A stretch of 64,000 bases of DNA from an uncultured Acidobacteriota bacterium. GTDB taxonomy: Bacteria > Acidobacteriota > UBA6911. The DNA lies in the NCBI GenBank assembly GCA_963809485.1, contig CAWEJX010000020.1, positions 32,001-96,000 of the forward strand, read 5' to 3'. The notes beneath the pieces are model-generated. The model had not been told where the DNA came from. It saw only the letters and a list, made by a program, of their open reading frames with translations, and made no database searches. A program made the position numbers and the translations under genes. This document shows positions 32,882 through 42,167 of this stretch, piece by piece. The stretch's first letter is position 1; every line of letters starts with the position of its first letter.

Positions 32882-33986
32882 GCCTCAGCACGGGCGTGAA
32901 AGGAGCAATCCACCGGAACAGGCGGTGGATCTGAATGCTATTTCGAATATGGCAGCAATAACCGCAAACGCAGCGATCGCTCATGCCCTCGAGACCCTTC
33001 CGCGTGGAGGAAGCTCTCCTGAATCTCCGATAGGATTCCCCGCTCCAGATCCGGGAAAAGCTTTTTTCGCTCAGGTTCCCCAGAGGCAGCTCGCACCTTC
33101 CGCAGGGGTAAATTGTGCCGTCCACCCGCACTCGCGAATGCACCCAGCCGACATAGCAGGGCAGCGCATCCCACACATTTTCGCCGATCCGGTATAATTG
33201 AAGTGCTACATTAATATTGTTATTCATTTCATGCTTGTATAAAGCTTTTTTTATACGATCAATCGAGGCGCATACCACGCTTTCCTCTTCCGCTGAAAGC
33301 TTATAAGAAGACCCATCTCCTTTCAGCGAGTGAACCGGGGCGACTGTGAGCTGGTTGCATCCGCCGCGTAAGGCCTGCTCCAGGGCGGTCTCCACCGTGC
33401 TGAAATTGTCGCGGCTGATGGGCCGGTGCAACCGCAAAGCGGGCAGGGAGCTTTTTCTTTGGGCCTTTAAATCCGTTACCAGGCTTAGGGATTCGATGAC
33501 TTTGTCAAAAAAATCCGCCCGGGTGCCCGGATAAAGCCTCGCATATTCCTCTTTGGAGCTTGCCCAGAGGCTGACGGTTAAAAGATCGAGCCGCATATCA
33601 ATAAGTTTGCAGATTATGTCCCTGGTGAGCAGCGTCCCGTTGGTGATTACGTTTAAAGAGAGGCCTGCCGATTTTGCGCAAGCAACGGCTTCCAGGAAAC
33701 GGGGGTAAAGCAGCGGGTCTCCTTCTCCTGCAAAGATGAGTTCGCGCGTACCGATTTGCTGCAGTTCGCGCAGCAGGTTTTTCAAAATATTAAAATCCAT
33801 ATCGGATATCCGGCTGGCAACCGGTGAGGGGAATTCCGAAAGGCAGGAATGATAGCGGCAGTGCAGGCAGCTGAGATTGCAGCGGCGCGTTAAATCCACG
33901 CTGACAAAAAACGGGCTCGTGTAGGCGCGTTCGCGCGTAATCAATCCTCTGAGCAGCCCGGCTTTTTCAATCCATGTAGTGCCCAC
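32853..33986 (-). CDS. Radical SAM protein with SPASM/twitch-like domain
   Basis: CNLSCLHC (CxxxCxxC), GEGDPLL, ITNGTLL; C-terminal CYVGW..GTIYPCGRC..CVCGYCCH. Confidence 0.9.
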   Translation of the reverse strand: MGTTWIEKAGLLRGLITRERAYTSPFFVSVDLTRRCNLSCLHCRYHSCLSEFPSPVASRISDMDFNILKNLLRELQQIGTRELIFAGEGDPLLYPRFLEAVACAKSAGLSLNVITNGTLLTRDIICKLIDMRLDLLTVSLWASSKEEYARLYPGTRADFFDKVIESLSLVTDLKAQRKSSLPALRLHRPISRDNFSTVETALEQALRGGCNQLTVAPVHSLKGDGSSYKLSAEEESVVCASIDRIKKALYKHEMNNNINVALQLYRIGENVWDALPCYVGWVHSRVRVDGTIYPCGRCELPLGNLSEKSFSRIWSGESYRRFRRASSTRKGLEGMSDRCVCGYCCHIRNSIQIHRLFRWIAPFTPVLRHVGFHAKQV

Positions 33987-34016
33987 GCGTTACGCTCTCC
34001 GCATCACGCCCGAAGC

Positions 34017-35492
34017 CTAGTCCTGCCTTCCATAAAGCCCGAACGCCCGTACCAATTTTGACTCGATGGGCAGGCGTGCATCGAGATGCTTTATCCTGTA
34101 TCGGGCCAGGGGGTAATAGAGCCTGGATAAACCCACGACGACAGGATTGGTTTTTTTGTAGGGAGCCACGAAGTGTTTTTTGCCCAGAAACATCAGAGGG
34201 AAATCCAGCCCCTGCACCAGCTTCCGCATCTCCGGCGCAAGCCAGGTGTATGGCTCAGGCACGTTGCGGTAATTGAAGTGAACCCATTCCTCCAGGCAAC
34301 GGGGTTCCCTCAGCCCCAGCTCGACACACTTCGTGTAGAGTTCCGTTCCCGGGTAAGGAGTATATATATTGAATGTCTTGACCGCCTGCGGATTTTCATC
34401 CGTGAGGCGGATAGCCAGGCGGACGCTTTCGGCGAACTCGTCGGGCGTTTCGGTGGGAAGCCCCATCATAAAAAGATAGAGCGGAACAATCGGATAGGAT
34501 GCCAGTATGCGGTTGGCCCTGACGATCTGCTCGACCGTTTCGCCTTTTTTCAGCAACTGAAGGACGCGCTCATTGCCGGATTCCACTCCCATGGTCATTC
34601 TTTTGACCCCTGCCCTGACGAGCAGCCGGAAAAAATCCCGGTCCATTTGACAGGCGGAATCCGCGCGGATCTGCAGCTTGGCGATACTGATTCGAAGGTC
34701 CTCCCTGACGATGCCTTCAAGGATGGCGTGAGCCCTGTCCAGGTCGACAAAAAAGTTGTCGTCGGCAAACAGGAAACCCCTTATCCCGTAATCCCGGATG
34801 ATGCGCTTCATGTGCTCCAGAACCGTTCCCGGTTTCAGGGTGCGCCATTTGCGTTGGTTCATGGCCGGTTCCCAGCAGAACGCACAGTGAAACGGGCATC
34901 CACGGCTCGAAGTAAAACTCACATAATCCATGCCGAAAAGCCGTCTCCTGTATCGGTCCATGTCGACCAGGCTGTACGCAAGAGGAGGTTGCCCGTCATA
35001 GTCTATAAAGGGGCGATTCCCCGTAAAGCAGGCTTTTCCATTTTCCCGGTGCCATAGGCCAGGGACCCGGCTGAGAGGCGCGCCTGTCTCCAGAGCGTTG
35101 ACAAGTTCTTCGAACGTGGCCTCTCCCTCGCCGGCCACGACTATGTCCACCAGCGGATTTTCGAGCGTTTGTTCCGGAAGCAGCGTGGGGTGAATTCCGC
35201 CCCAGACAATAGGAACATCCGGGTGCAGCCTTCGGACCAGCCGGCATCCCTCGAGCGCGCGCAGGATCTGCGGCCCGGTCATACAGGTCACGCCGAAACA
35301 GATCGGCTTTTCCTTCACCGCTTCCAGGAGTTCCTTTTTCCAGCCCGAAGAGGCGAATCCATCGATGATCCGGACCTTATATCCCCGTTGGACTAACCCT
35401 GTGGCGACGCACAGCAAGCCCAACGGCAGTTCGACACGCCTTTGAACCTGCCAGCCGCTGCGCGGCGCTGGATTAAACAGCACAACCTTCAT
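34017..35492 (-). CDS. Cobalamin-binding (class B) radical SAM protein
   Basis: LPLGLL, VWGGIHPT, GEGE, SRGCPFHCAFC, DDNF, GVESG, PYPGT. Confidence 0.92.
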   Translation of the reverse strand: MKVVLFNPAPRSGWQVQRRVELPLGLLCVATGLVQRGYKVRIIDGFASSGWKKELLEAVKEKPICFGVTCMTGPQILRALEGCRLVRRLHPDVPIVWGGIHPTLLPEQTLENPLVDIVVAGEGEATFEELVNALETGAPLSRVPGLWHRENGKACFTGNRPFIDYDGQPPLAYSLVDMDRYRRRLFGMDYVSFTSSRGCPFHCAFCWEPAMNQRKWRTLKPGTVLEHMKRIIRDYGIRGFLFADDNFFVDLDRAHAILEGIVREDLRISIAKLQIRADSACQMDRDFFRLLVRAGVKRMTMGVESGNERVLQLLKKGETVEQIVRANRILASYPIVPLYLFMMGLPTETPDEFAESVRLAIRLTDENPQAVKTFNIYTPYPGTELYTKCVELGLREPRCLEEWVHFNYRNVPEPYTWLAPEMRKLVQGLDFPLMFLGKKHFVAPYKKTNPVVVGLSRLYYPLARYRIKHLDARLPIESKLVRAFGLYGRQD

Positions 35493-35502
35493 TACAATTC
35501 CT

Positions 35503-36459
35503 TCAATGAGTGACTTTTCTTTCCAATCCGACCAGGGATGGATCAAAGGCTTCGAACAGCTTCGGGATATCCAGATGTGCGGGGGATTTATGGGTGGCAA
35601 CAAACTCCCCAACTACCGGGGCCAGTTTCGATACCGGGATCCCGCTTTCCCGCTCGACGGCCTGTGACAGTTCTTTCAGTGTGCCAAGATCAATCCCCGT
35701 CTCCATGCCTTGCAGATGAAGCGCCATCACAACCTGCTCCAGGGAGGCATTCCCCGCCCTGTCTCCCAGGCCGTTTACGGTCACATCCACGCCGTCGGCG
35801 CCGGCTCGCACTGCAGCGACGGAATTGGCTGTGGCCATCCCAAGATCGTTGTGGGCATGAAAGAAGATGGGAACATCGACACACTCTCTTAGGCGACGGA
35901 TGAGGCTGTAAACGCCGAAGGGGTCCATGCCGCCATGAGTGTCATAAATAAAAATCCTCGCGGCGCCCCGACGTGCACTTTCCCGGCATATATCCAGCAA
36001 AAATTCCGGGGCGGCCTGCGTGGAATGCGGGAATCCCACACCAACATTGGGGCAGTACTCCCGGGAATAACTCAGAGCGTCCAGCAGGACCTCTTTTTTG
36101 GTCTCTCGATCATAGGGTTTTCTTTGTTCCGAAACCGGCATCAGAACGTCGAATCGATCCAGGCACTCGCGGGCGGCCTTTACCTCTTCCCTGCAGCGGG
36201 GGCTGGAGGCGAAAATCAAACCGGAAGCCTTGATTCGCAGGTTTTCAGCTTTCAGGCCGCGGGCAAATTCCAGGTCCTGGAAAACTCTGCCAGGCGCCAC
36301 AATCTCAATCTCCGGCACCATGGACCGGTCGAGCAGTTTCGCTATTTTGACTCTCTGTCCGGATGAAAAAGCGACACTGGGAACGTCCAATCCTTCCCGC
36401 AGAGTCGAGTCCCGTATAGCGACTTTTCGAGCTTCAGTGGCCCAAGTTTCACGCACCAT
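35503..36459 (-). CDS. DRE-TIM (homocitrate/isopropylmalate synthase-like) acyltransferase, catalytic domain only
   Basis: DSTLREG, HAHNDLGMATAN, NGLGDRAGNA; 318 aa, no regulatory domain. Confidence 0.85.
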   Translation of the reverse strand: MVRETWATEARKVAIRDSTLREGLDVPSVAFSSGQRVKIAKLLDRSMVPEIEIVAPGRVFQDLEFARGLKAENLRIKASGLIFASSPRCREEVKAARECLDRFDVLMPVSEQRKPYDRETKKEVLLDALSYSREYCPNVGVGFPHSTQAAPEFLLDICRESARRGAARIFIYDTHGGMDPFGVYSLIRRLRECVDVPIFFHAHNDLGMATANSVAAVRAGADGVDVTVNGLGDRAGNASLEQVVMALHLQGMETGIDLGTLKELSQAVERESGIPVSKLAPVVGEFVATHKSPAHLDIPKLFEAFDPSLVGLERKVTH

Positions 36460-37675
36460 AAATCATCCCGTGGCAATCCTGCACCAGCTTGTCAGGGTTT
36501 GACACACGATACTCCGGTTTGGCATTCCCATCCGCCACCCTTGTGCCGCTTGTCAGGCAGCACAAGATCCTGCTCCCACGCGAAATTCTGCCGCCGGCTA
36601 TTTGCTTGAATGCCCCCGCGAGCGAAATCAAGCCGGTTTTTTCGACCACGTCCCCGTTGCGGGTTCCAATGTGAACCCCGTTCTCCGCAAGCAAATCCAG
36701 AAGGCTTTTCCCGTTGGCTTCATAGTCGAGCAGACCGGAGAATTCAGGATGATTAATGGTTGTTAAATCCCCTCCCGTAGCCGTCAGCAGCCGTTTTAAG
36801 TCTTCGAAGGTGCCGTAGGTCTGCGGGGTAACGTCGTACATAACTCGGGTCAGAAGCTTCCCGCGGACATCGGGAGGGGGCGAGCCCGGGTCCAGGTTCC
36901 CGCCGCCGGATTTCCAGGCCCTGTACATCGGGCTGTTGGCCTCCTGCTGGACCCCCAGGAATCTTGGGACTGCGCCGCTGCTCGATTTGAAGCCGTCGAG
37001 AACGCTGTATATGCCTATCGGGCCGAAAGCCGCGCTGATGGTTTGGACAATCCAGTCAAAGTCCCCGTTTTGCGTGGAATGCTCCAGGATAAAACAGCCC
37101 CTGAACCTGGAGGCTTCGTATCGCCAGGCAACTTCGGGAATATGCTGAATCCCGTTCAGTCTTTGAAACAAATACGCGGACTTTTTCACCCATCCGGCTT
37201 CGGCCACCGATAAGAGGTGCGCCCTGCCGGACTCAAAAGCCTTGCTGTCGAGAAGAGAAAGATTTTCTTCCGGGACAAAAAGAAAGGTCTCCAGACCGGC
37301 TCTTCCGCAATATTCGGTCAGGGCTGCGCCGGTGTTCCCTCCGGACTCGAAGACAACCCGCCGATACCCTCTCAGCTTGCACTTTGCCGCGGAAATGCAG
37401 CCGTCGATCGACTTCAGCGTGCCGGTATGCATCAACGAGGACTCGTCCAGGATATGGATATCGACGCCCCGGTATGTGAGCAGGCGGAATATCCTTACGC
37501 CTTCCCTAATGCTGGTTTCGAGGAGTGTTTTTTTGTATACGGCATCTTCATCGGCAGAGCCGAAGGTGAAGGCATTTCTGTACCGGCACACGACGCTTCG
37601 TTCGGGGTCGTATACGGGGTCGATGAAATCAAACAGATTCCGCTTATCTCTTTCCAAAACATTCATAGGAAACAA
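36449..37675 (-). CDS. PLP-dependent fold-type II enzyme (threonine synthase-like)
   Basis: HTGTLKS (PLP Lys motif variant), ESGGNTGAAL, CLTSG. Confidence 0.75.
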   Translation of the reverse strand: MFPMNVLERDKRNLFDFIDPVYDPERSVVCRYRNAFTFGSADEDAVYKKTLLETSIREGVRIFRLLTYRGVDIHILDESSLMHTGTLKSIDGCISAAKCKLRGYRRVVFESGGNTGAALTEYCGRAGLETFLFVPEENLSLLDSKAFESGRAHLLSVAEAGWVKKSAYLFQRLNGIQHIPEVAWRYEASRFRGCFILEHSTQNGDFDWIVQTISAAFGPIGIYSVLDGFKSSSGAVPRFLGVQQEANSPMYRAWKSGGGNLDPGSPPPDVRGKLLTRVMYDVTPQTYGTFEDLKRLLTATGGDLTTINHPEFSGLLDYEANGKSLLDLLAENGVHIGTRNGDVVEKTGLISLAGAFKQIAGGRISRGSRILCCLTSGTRVADGNAKPEYRVSNPDKLVQDCHGMIYGA

Positions 37676-38195
37676 GTCCGTGTATGGATTTCATGTTTTT
37701 GGGTTCCGGAGTCTCGTCCGGATAGCCCAGGGGCAGGATCGATATGGGATCGATGTGCGGCGGAATTGCCAAAATCCGCCGGATCTCGCCGGAGACGCCC
37801 GGCTCATCCGCCCTGTAGGCTGACATATAGACACTGCCCAATCCCCTGGCATACGCGGCCAGAAGCAGGTTCGCCGCGGCAAGAACACCATTTTCGATTT
37901 CCCGGTCGTATGATTTCTCCCTGTCGACACAGATCACCACGATCGCCGAGGCGTTCAGAAGGAAATCAGCCCTGTATTCCTTTTTCTCGATGGGGCAGTA
38001 TTTGTTTTTGATCTGCACGAGCTTTGTTTTTGTTGCGTCGTCCCGGATAACCATGAAGGTCCAGGGCTGGCCGTTCATCGACGACGGGGCATATCTTGCC
38101 AGATCCAGGATCTCTTCAATAAGCGAATCTTCCACGCGTCTGTTCTTGTATTTCCGTATGGACCTTCTGCCCTTCACGGCCTCGTCAAATTCCAT
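37644..38195 (-). CDS. Nitroreductase family protein
   Basis: RRSIRKY, APSSMNGQPW, LAAYARGLGS, LGYP. Confidence 0.9.
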   Translation of the reverse strand: MEFDEAVKGRRSIRKYKNRRVEDSLIEEILDLARYAPSSMNGQPWTFMVIRDDATKTKLVQIKNKYCPIEKKEYRADFLLNASAIVVICVDREKSYDREIENGVLAAANLLLAAYARGLGSVYMSAYRADEPGVSGEIRRILAIPPHIDPISILPLGYPDETPEPKNMKSIHGLVSYECFGKR

Positions 38196-38219
38196 CAGTG
38201 CACCTCACGCCGGATCCTG

Positions 38220-39434
38220 TCAAATCCCGCCTTCAATTCGCTTTTGAAAATATTTCACGGCCAGCTTTCCCACCAGGGCTGAAGGAATCATTCCATTTCT
38301 GTAGAGCTCCAGCCCGAGTGAAAATGTCCGGCTCCGGAGCGAGCGCTTTTCGGCGGCGCTTTTCACACGCCTCCATCTTTCCGCCGCAATTCGCTCGGCG
38401 TGATCCCGTATGTGGATGCCTTGCCTGCCGGCCTCCCGTATGAGAGCGGAAACCTGCCTCGAAAAGCTTTTATCCATGAATTCGGCTATGTCCCGGGGCC
38501 GGATCCCGGCGAATTCCATGGTGCCCCCCAGCACCCCGCCCGAGTTGGCGACAAAATCCGGGATGCAGAGTATGCCTCGCTGCCAGAGAGACCTCTCCGC
38601 TTCTTTGGTTATGGGGGCATTCGCCCCGCAGCTGATCAAATTCGCTTTGATGGAGGGGGCATTGCCGGACTGAATGCTGTGGTGTCTGGCGCAGGGGAGC
38701 AGGATATCGACATCAAGCTCCAGGAGCGCTTCTCTCGGGATTTTCCTCGGTCCATCATAAAAATCAACCAGCCGGCTGCCATATTGGCGATAGCACTGGA
38801 GAAGCCTTGCCACGTCGAGTCCCTCTGCGGCATAAAGCGCTCCGTTGTATGTGGATATTGCGACCACCCTGCTTCCCAGCCGGCTGAGTCCTTCCGCGAC
38901 GGCGCTTCCCACAGAGCCAAAGCCCTCGATCGCGACGGCGGCTTTCGCCAGGTCCAAATCCCGGTGCTCAGCCGCCGTTTTTGCGCTGGCAACAACCGTC
39001 AGACTTGTATACCACCCCGACAGCGCTCCCCTCAAAGCTTTGGCCGGCACGCGGATCCCGACGCTTTGCATCATTTCGCGGATTTCCTTCCCGGTTGTGC
39101 CCATGTCGGCCCCCGGGAGGTATGCACGCTGCTCGAGAAGATCTTTGATGTTCCGCGCGAATGCGGTCAGCAGTTTTGCCTTATCCGCTTTCCTTCTCTC
39201 TTCGTCGTATACGATGCCCGCCTTGGCGCCGCCATGCGGAAGCCCCAGAAAGGCGTGCTTCAGTGTCATAGCTTGGGCCAGTTCGGCCAGTTCCGGAGCT
39301 GAGACGTCGGGAAGCATCCTCAGCCCGCCGCAGTAGTGATTGTCAACGATGGAATCGACGGCAAGCCAACTCGTAAGGCCGGCCTTAGCGTCCGATACCT
39401 CTATTACTACCGGTGGTTGCACCGCAGACGTCAT
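38220..39434 (-). CDS. Glu/Leu/Phe/Val dehydrogenase family protein
   Basis: GGLRM, AMTLK, GGAKAG, ADMGT, EGFGSVG, PDFVANSGGV. Confidence 0.9.
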   Translation of the reverse strand: MTSAVQPPVVIEVSDAKAGLTSWLAVDSIVDNHYCGGLRMLPDVSAPELAELAQAMTLKHAFLGLPHGGAKAGIVYDEERRKADKAKLLTAFARNIKDLLEQRAYLPGADMGTTGKEIREMMQSVGIRVPAKALRGALSGWYTSLTVVASAKTAAEHRDLDLAKAAVAIEGFGSVGSAVAEGLSRLGSRVVAISTYNGALYAAEGLDVARLLQCYRQYGSRLVDFYDGPRKIPREALLELDVDILLPCARHHSIQSGNAPSIKANLISCGANAPITKEAERSLWQRGILCIPDFVANSGGVLGGTMEFAGIRPRDIAEFMDKSFSRQVSALIREAGRQGIHIRDHAERIAAERWRRVKSAAEKRSLRSRTFSLGLELYRNGMIPSALVGKLAVKYFQKRIEGGI

Positions 39435-39737
39435 AAAGTGATTCCCGGGAAGGGCGCCGTCATCATGCGCCTATAAGCCGCTGTGATCACCGCAGTCCTA
39501 TTCTGCAGAGAGTCGGAGTATAGGCAATAAGCAATTGCAGGTCAATTGGCAGTACCATATATTTAGGGCCTGCCCATCTTGGCACAAAGCCGGTTATAAC
39601 CATGCCGATGCTGCGACCATTGGCGGCAACCGCTATTCTCGTAAATATGGGGCGGAAACCTTTGAAAATCTTCACCTACTGTTCCGCGCAAACAGGTGGT
39701 ATATTGAGCCCTCCCGGCCATGCCGGGGAGCCGGAGG

Positions 39738-41708
39738 ATGGCTTTTTTGTTCTATTCAACCCGCTCAAAACTCATTGTCAGTTTCCTCGCAGTTTCACTG
39801 CTGGTATGCGGGGTAGCGCTTCTGGTTGGCGGCCAGCTTCTCTACAAGGCGTTTCTAAATGAAGCCTACAATCGAATCGGCCTGGAATTAAATGCCGGAC
39901 GCGAGATTTACGCTTCCCGTATTCTTGGAGTCCGTCAGGCCCTGGGTGTTACGCAATCGGCGGCCGAATTCCGCGCAGCGCTTGCGAGGCAGGATCCGTC
40001 CGGGATCGTGCCGCTTCTAAGGGACGTTGCCGGCCAAACCCGGATGGATTTTGCCGGGATCGTCACAAAGGACAGCCGGACACTGTGCCGGATGGGACCC
40101 AATGCAATTCCAAAGGCCGCAAGCCCTCCCAACCCAATCGCGGACCTGGTACTCAAAAAACATGTGCCCGTCTCAGGAACTATGGTGCTGGATCCGGAAT
40201 TTCTCTTTGCCGAAGATCCCGCGCTCGCCGATCGGGCCAGGATCAAAATGAAACCCACCGAGGGGGCAGGCACACGCGAGAGCGCCGAGCAACTCTCCGG
40301 CATGGCCCTGGCTGCAGCGGTCCCGGTTTTTGAAAATGGCGCCTTTCTGGGAGTTCTCTACGGCGGGGTTTTACTCAACCGAAACGAAGAGATCGTGGAC
40401 AGGATCTGCGACACGCTCTTCCGGCATGAGATTTACAGCAATCGCCGCGTCGGCATGGCTTCCATTTTTTTAAAAGACACCCGCATTTCCACCGATATTG
40501 TTTTTACGGACGGAGGCCGGGCGATCGGAGCCGTGGCATCCGGCGATGTTGCAGAGCGGGTTCTCACGCAGGGGAAGCAATGGATCGACAGGGCTTTTGT
40601 GGTGAATGACTGGTATATAACCGCCAGCGAACCCATCGAGGATATCCTCGGCCGGAGAGTTGGGATGCTTTGTGTGGGTGTGCTGGAGGCCAAGTACGCC
40701 GATGTCCGTCGTAAGGCGCTCTCGATCTTTATTTTGATCACTTTGGCGGGCATGGCCCTTGCGCTTGGCCTGGGCTATATCATCGCGGACAGGATCAGCC
40801 AACCGGTGCGCCAGCTCATCGACGCAAGCGTTCAGGTATCGCGGGGGAACCTCTCGCCCGATACCGGCAGCATCTCCAAAGGGGAGATCGGGGTTCTACA
40901 AAAAACCTTCCATCAGATGCTTACGTCCATTCAGGAAAGGGACAAACGCCAGAAAGCTGAGAGCGAGACCAAGCTGCTCCAGTCGGAAAAGCAGGCCAGC
41001 ATCGGCAAGCTCGCCGGCGGAGTGGCCCACGAAATCAACAATCCGCTCACCGGAGTGGTCACATTCACTCACATGCTGCTGAAGCGCAAGGATCTCCCCG
41101 AAGATGTCCGATCAGATCTGGAGACCATCGCTCAGGAAACGGAGCGCGTGCGAAAGATCGTAAAAGGCCTGCTGGATTTCTCCCGTCAGTCCCAGCTGGA
41201 TCCGGAGCCCACGGACATCAACCGGCTGATCCGCCACACAATCTCGCTCGTTGAAAACCAGGCCCTGATCAAGGGTGTCACGCTTTCCTTCGAGCATGCG
41301 GATGGGCTTCCCATGATTACGGTCGACAGGAATCAGATGCAGAGCGTCTTCCTCAACATCATCATAAATGCCCTGGACGCGACAGACACCGGCGGCAGCA
41401 TAAAAATCTCGACGTCGGCTAAAATGAGGATGGCGGCCGGGAAAGCCGGCCAGAAGGGCATCGAGATTGCGATAACCGATACAGGCTGCGGTATCCCGCC
41501 CGAGATTATGGATAAGCTGTTCGATCCGTTCTTTACCACCAAGGACGTTGGCCGGGGAACGGGTCTTGGATTATCCGTTTCGCACGGGATCGTGGAACGT
41601 CACGGCGGAACGATTTTAGTTCAAAGCAAGCCGCAAAGCGGCAGCACCTTTTTCGTCTGGCTTCCCAGCGACGAACAGGTATTGGGAAATGAAAATACTA
41701 ATAGTTGA
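39738..41708 (+). CDS. Sensor histidine kinase (Cache-like periplasmic domain, HAMP)
   Basis: Two TM helices; GVAHEINNPL H-box, NIIINALDA, DTGCGI, FDPFFTTK, GTGLGL. Confidence 0.93.
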   Translation: MAFLFYSTRSKLIVSFLAVSLLVCGVALLVGGQLLYKAFLNEAYNRIGLELNAGREIYASRILGVRQALGVTQSAAEFRAALARQDPSGIVPLLRDVAGQTRMDFAGIVTKDSRTLCRMGPNAIPKAASPPNPIADLVLKKHVPVSGTMVLDPEFLFAEDPALADRARIKMKPTEGAGTRESAEQLSGMALAAAVPVFENGAFLGVLYGGVLLNRNEEIVDRICDTLFRHEIYSNRRVGMASIFLKDTRISTDIVFTDGGRAIGAVASGDVAERVLTQGKQWIDRAFVVNDWYITASEPIEDILGRRVGMLCVGVLEAKYADVRRKALSIFILITLAGMALALGLGYIIADRISQPVRQLIDASVQVSRGNLSPDTGSISKGEIGVLQKTFHQMLTSIQERDKRQKAESETKLLQSEKQASIGKLAGGVAHEINNPLTGVVTFTHMLLKRKDLPEDVRSDLETIAQETERVRKIVKGLLDFSRQSQLDPEPTDINRLIRHTISLVENQALIKGVTLSFEHADGLPMITVDRNQMQSVFLNIIINALDATDTGGSIKISTSAKMRMAAGKAGQKGIEIAITDTGCGIPPEIMDKLFDPFFTTKDVGRGTGLGLSVSHGIVERHGGTILVQSKPQSGSTFFVWLPSDEQVLGNENTNS

Positions 41709-42090
41709 TGACGATGCCATCGTGATCCGGAGCTGCACGCGGATCCTCCAAGAGCGGCAATTTGAAATCACCTGCGTCGCCAGCGCCGATGATGCGCTGG
41801 AATCCGCAAAGAAAACCTCATTCGACCTGTTGCTCATCGATGTGGTAATGCCCCGGCATAACGGCATGTACCTGCTGACGGAGTTTAAAAAGATATCGCC
41901 GCACACACCGGTTATCGTGATGAGCGGGTATTCGACGCCTGAGACAATTTCGGAAATGTTCAGGTTGGGAGCCGACAAATTCGTCCCGAAACCTTTCAGG
42001 CCGGATGAGTTGTTGAAAACGATTCGGCAGGTATTGCAAAAGCGGCGAAGCAGCAAATCCATGCCTGAAACGGAATCCCGGGAATCCTGA
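41689..42090 (+). CDS. Single-domain response regulator
   Basis: ILIVDDD, LIDVVMP, MSGY, KPF. Confidence 0.9.
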   Translation: MKILIVDDDAIVIRSCTRILQERQFEITCVASADDALESAKKTSFDLLLIDVVMPRHNGMYLLTEFKKISPHTPVIVMSGYSTPETISEMFRLGADKFVPKPFRPDELLKTIRQVLQKRRSSKSMPETESRES

Positions 42091-42167
42091 ATTCCCGTGC
42101 ACAGGATTCTGAAACGCAAAGGAAACCGGACCCGGAAATCGGATCACAGTTTGGGGGAGAGAGCCTG

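Noticed and set aside
32853-33986. SPASM radical SAM enzyme as a RiPP maturase for the 56.6-kb peptides
   Set aside because: It lies over 20 kb away in a different operon, has no RRE partner and no adjacent precursor.
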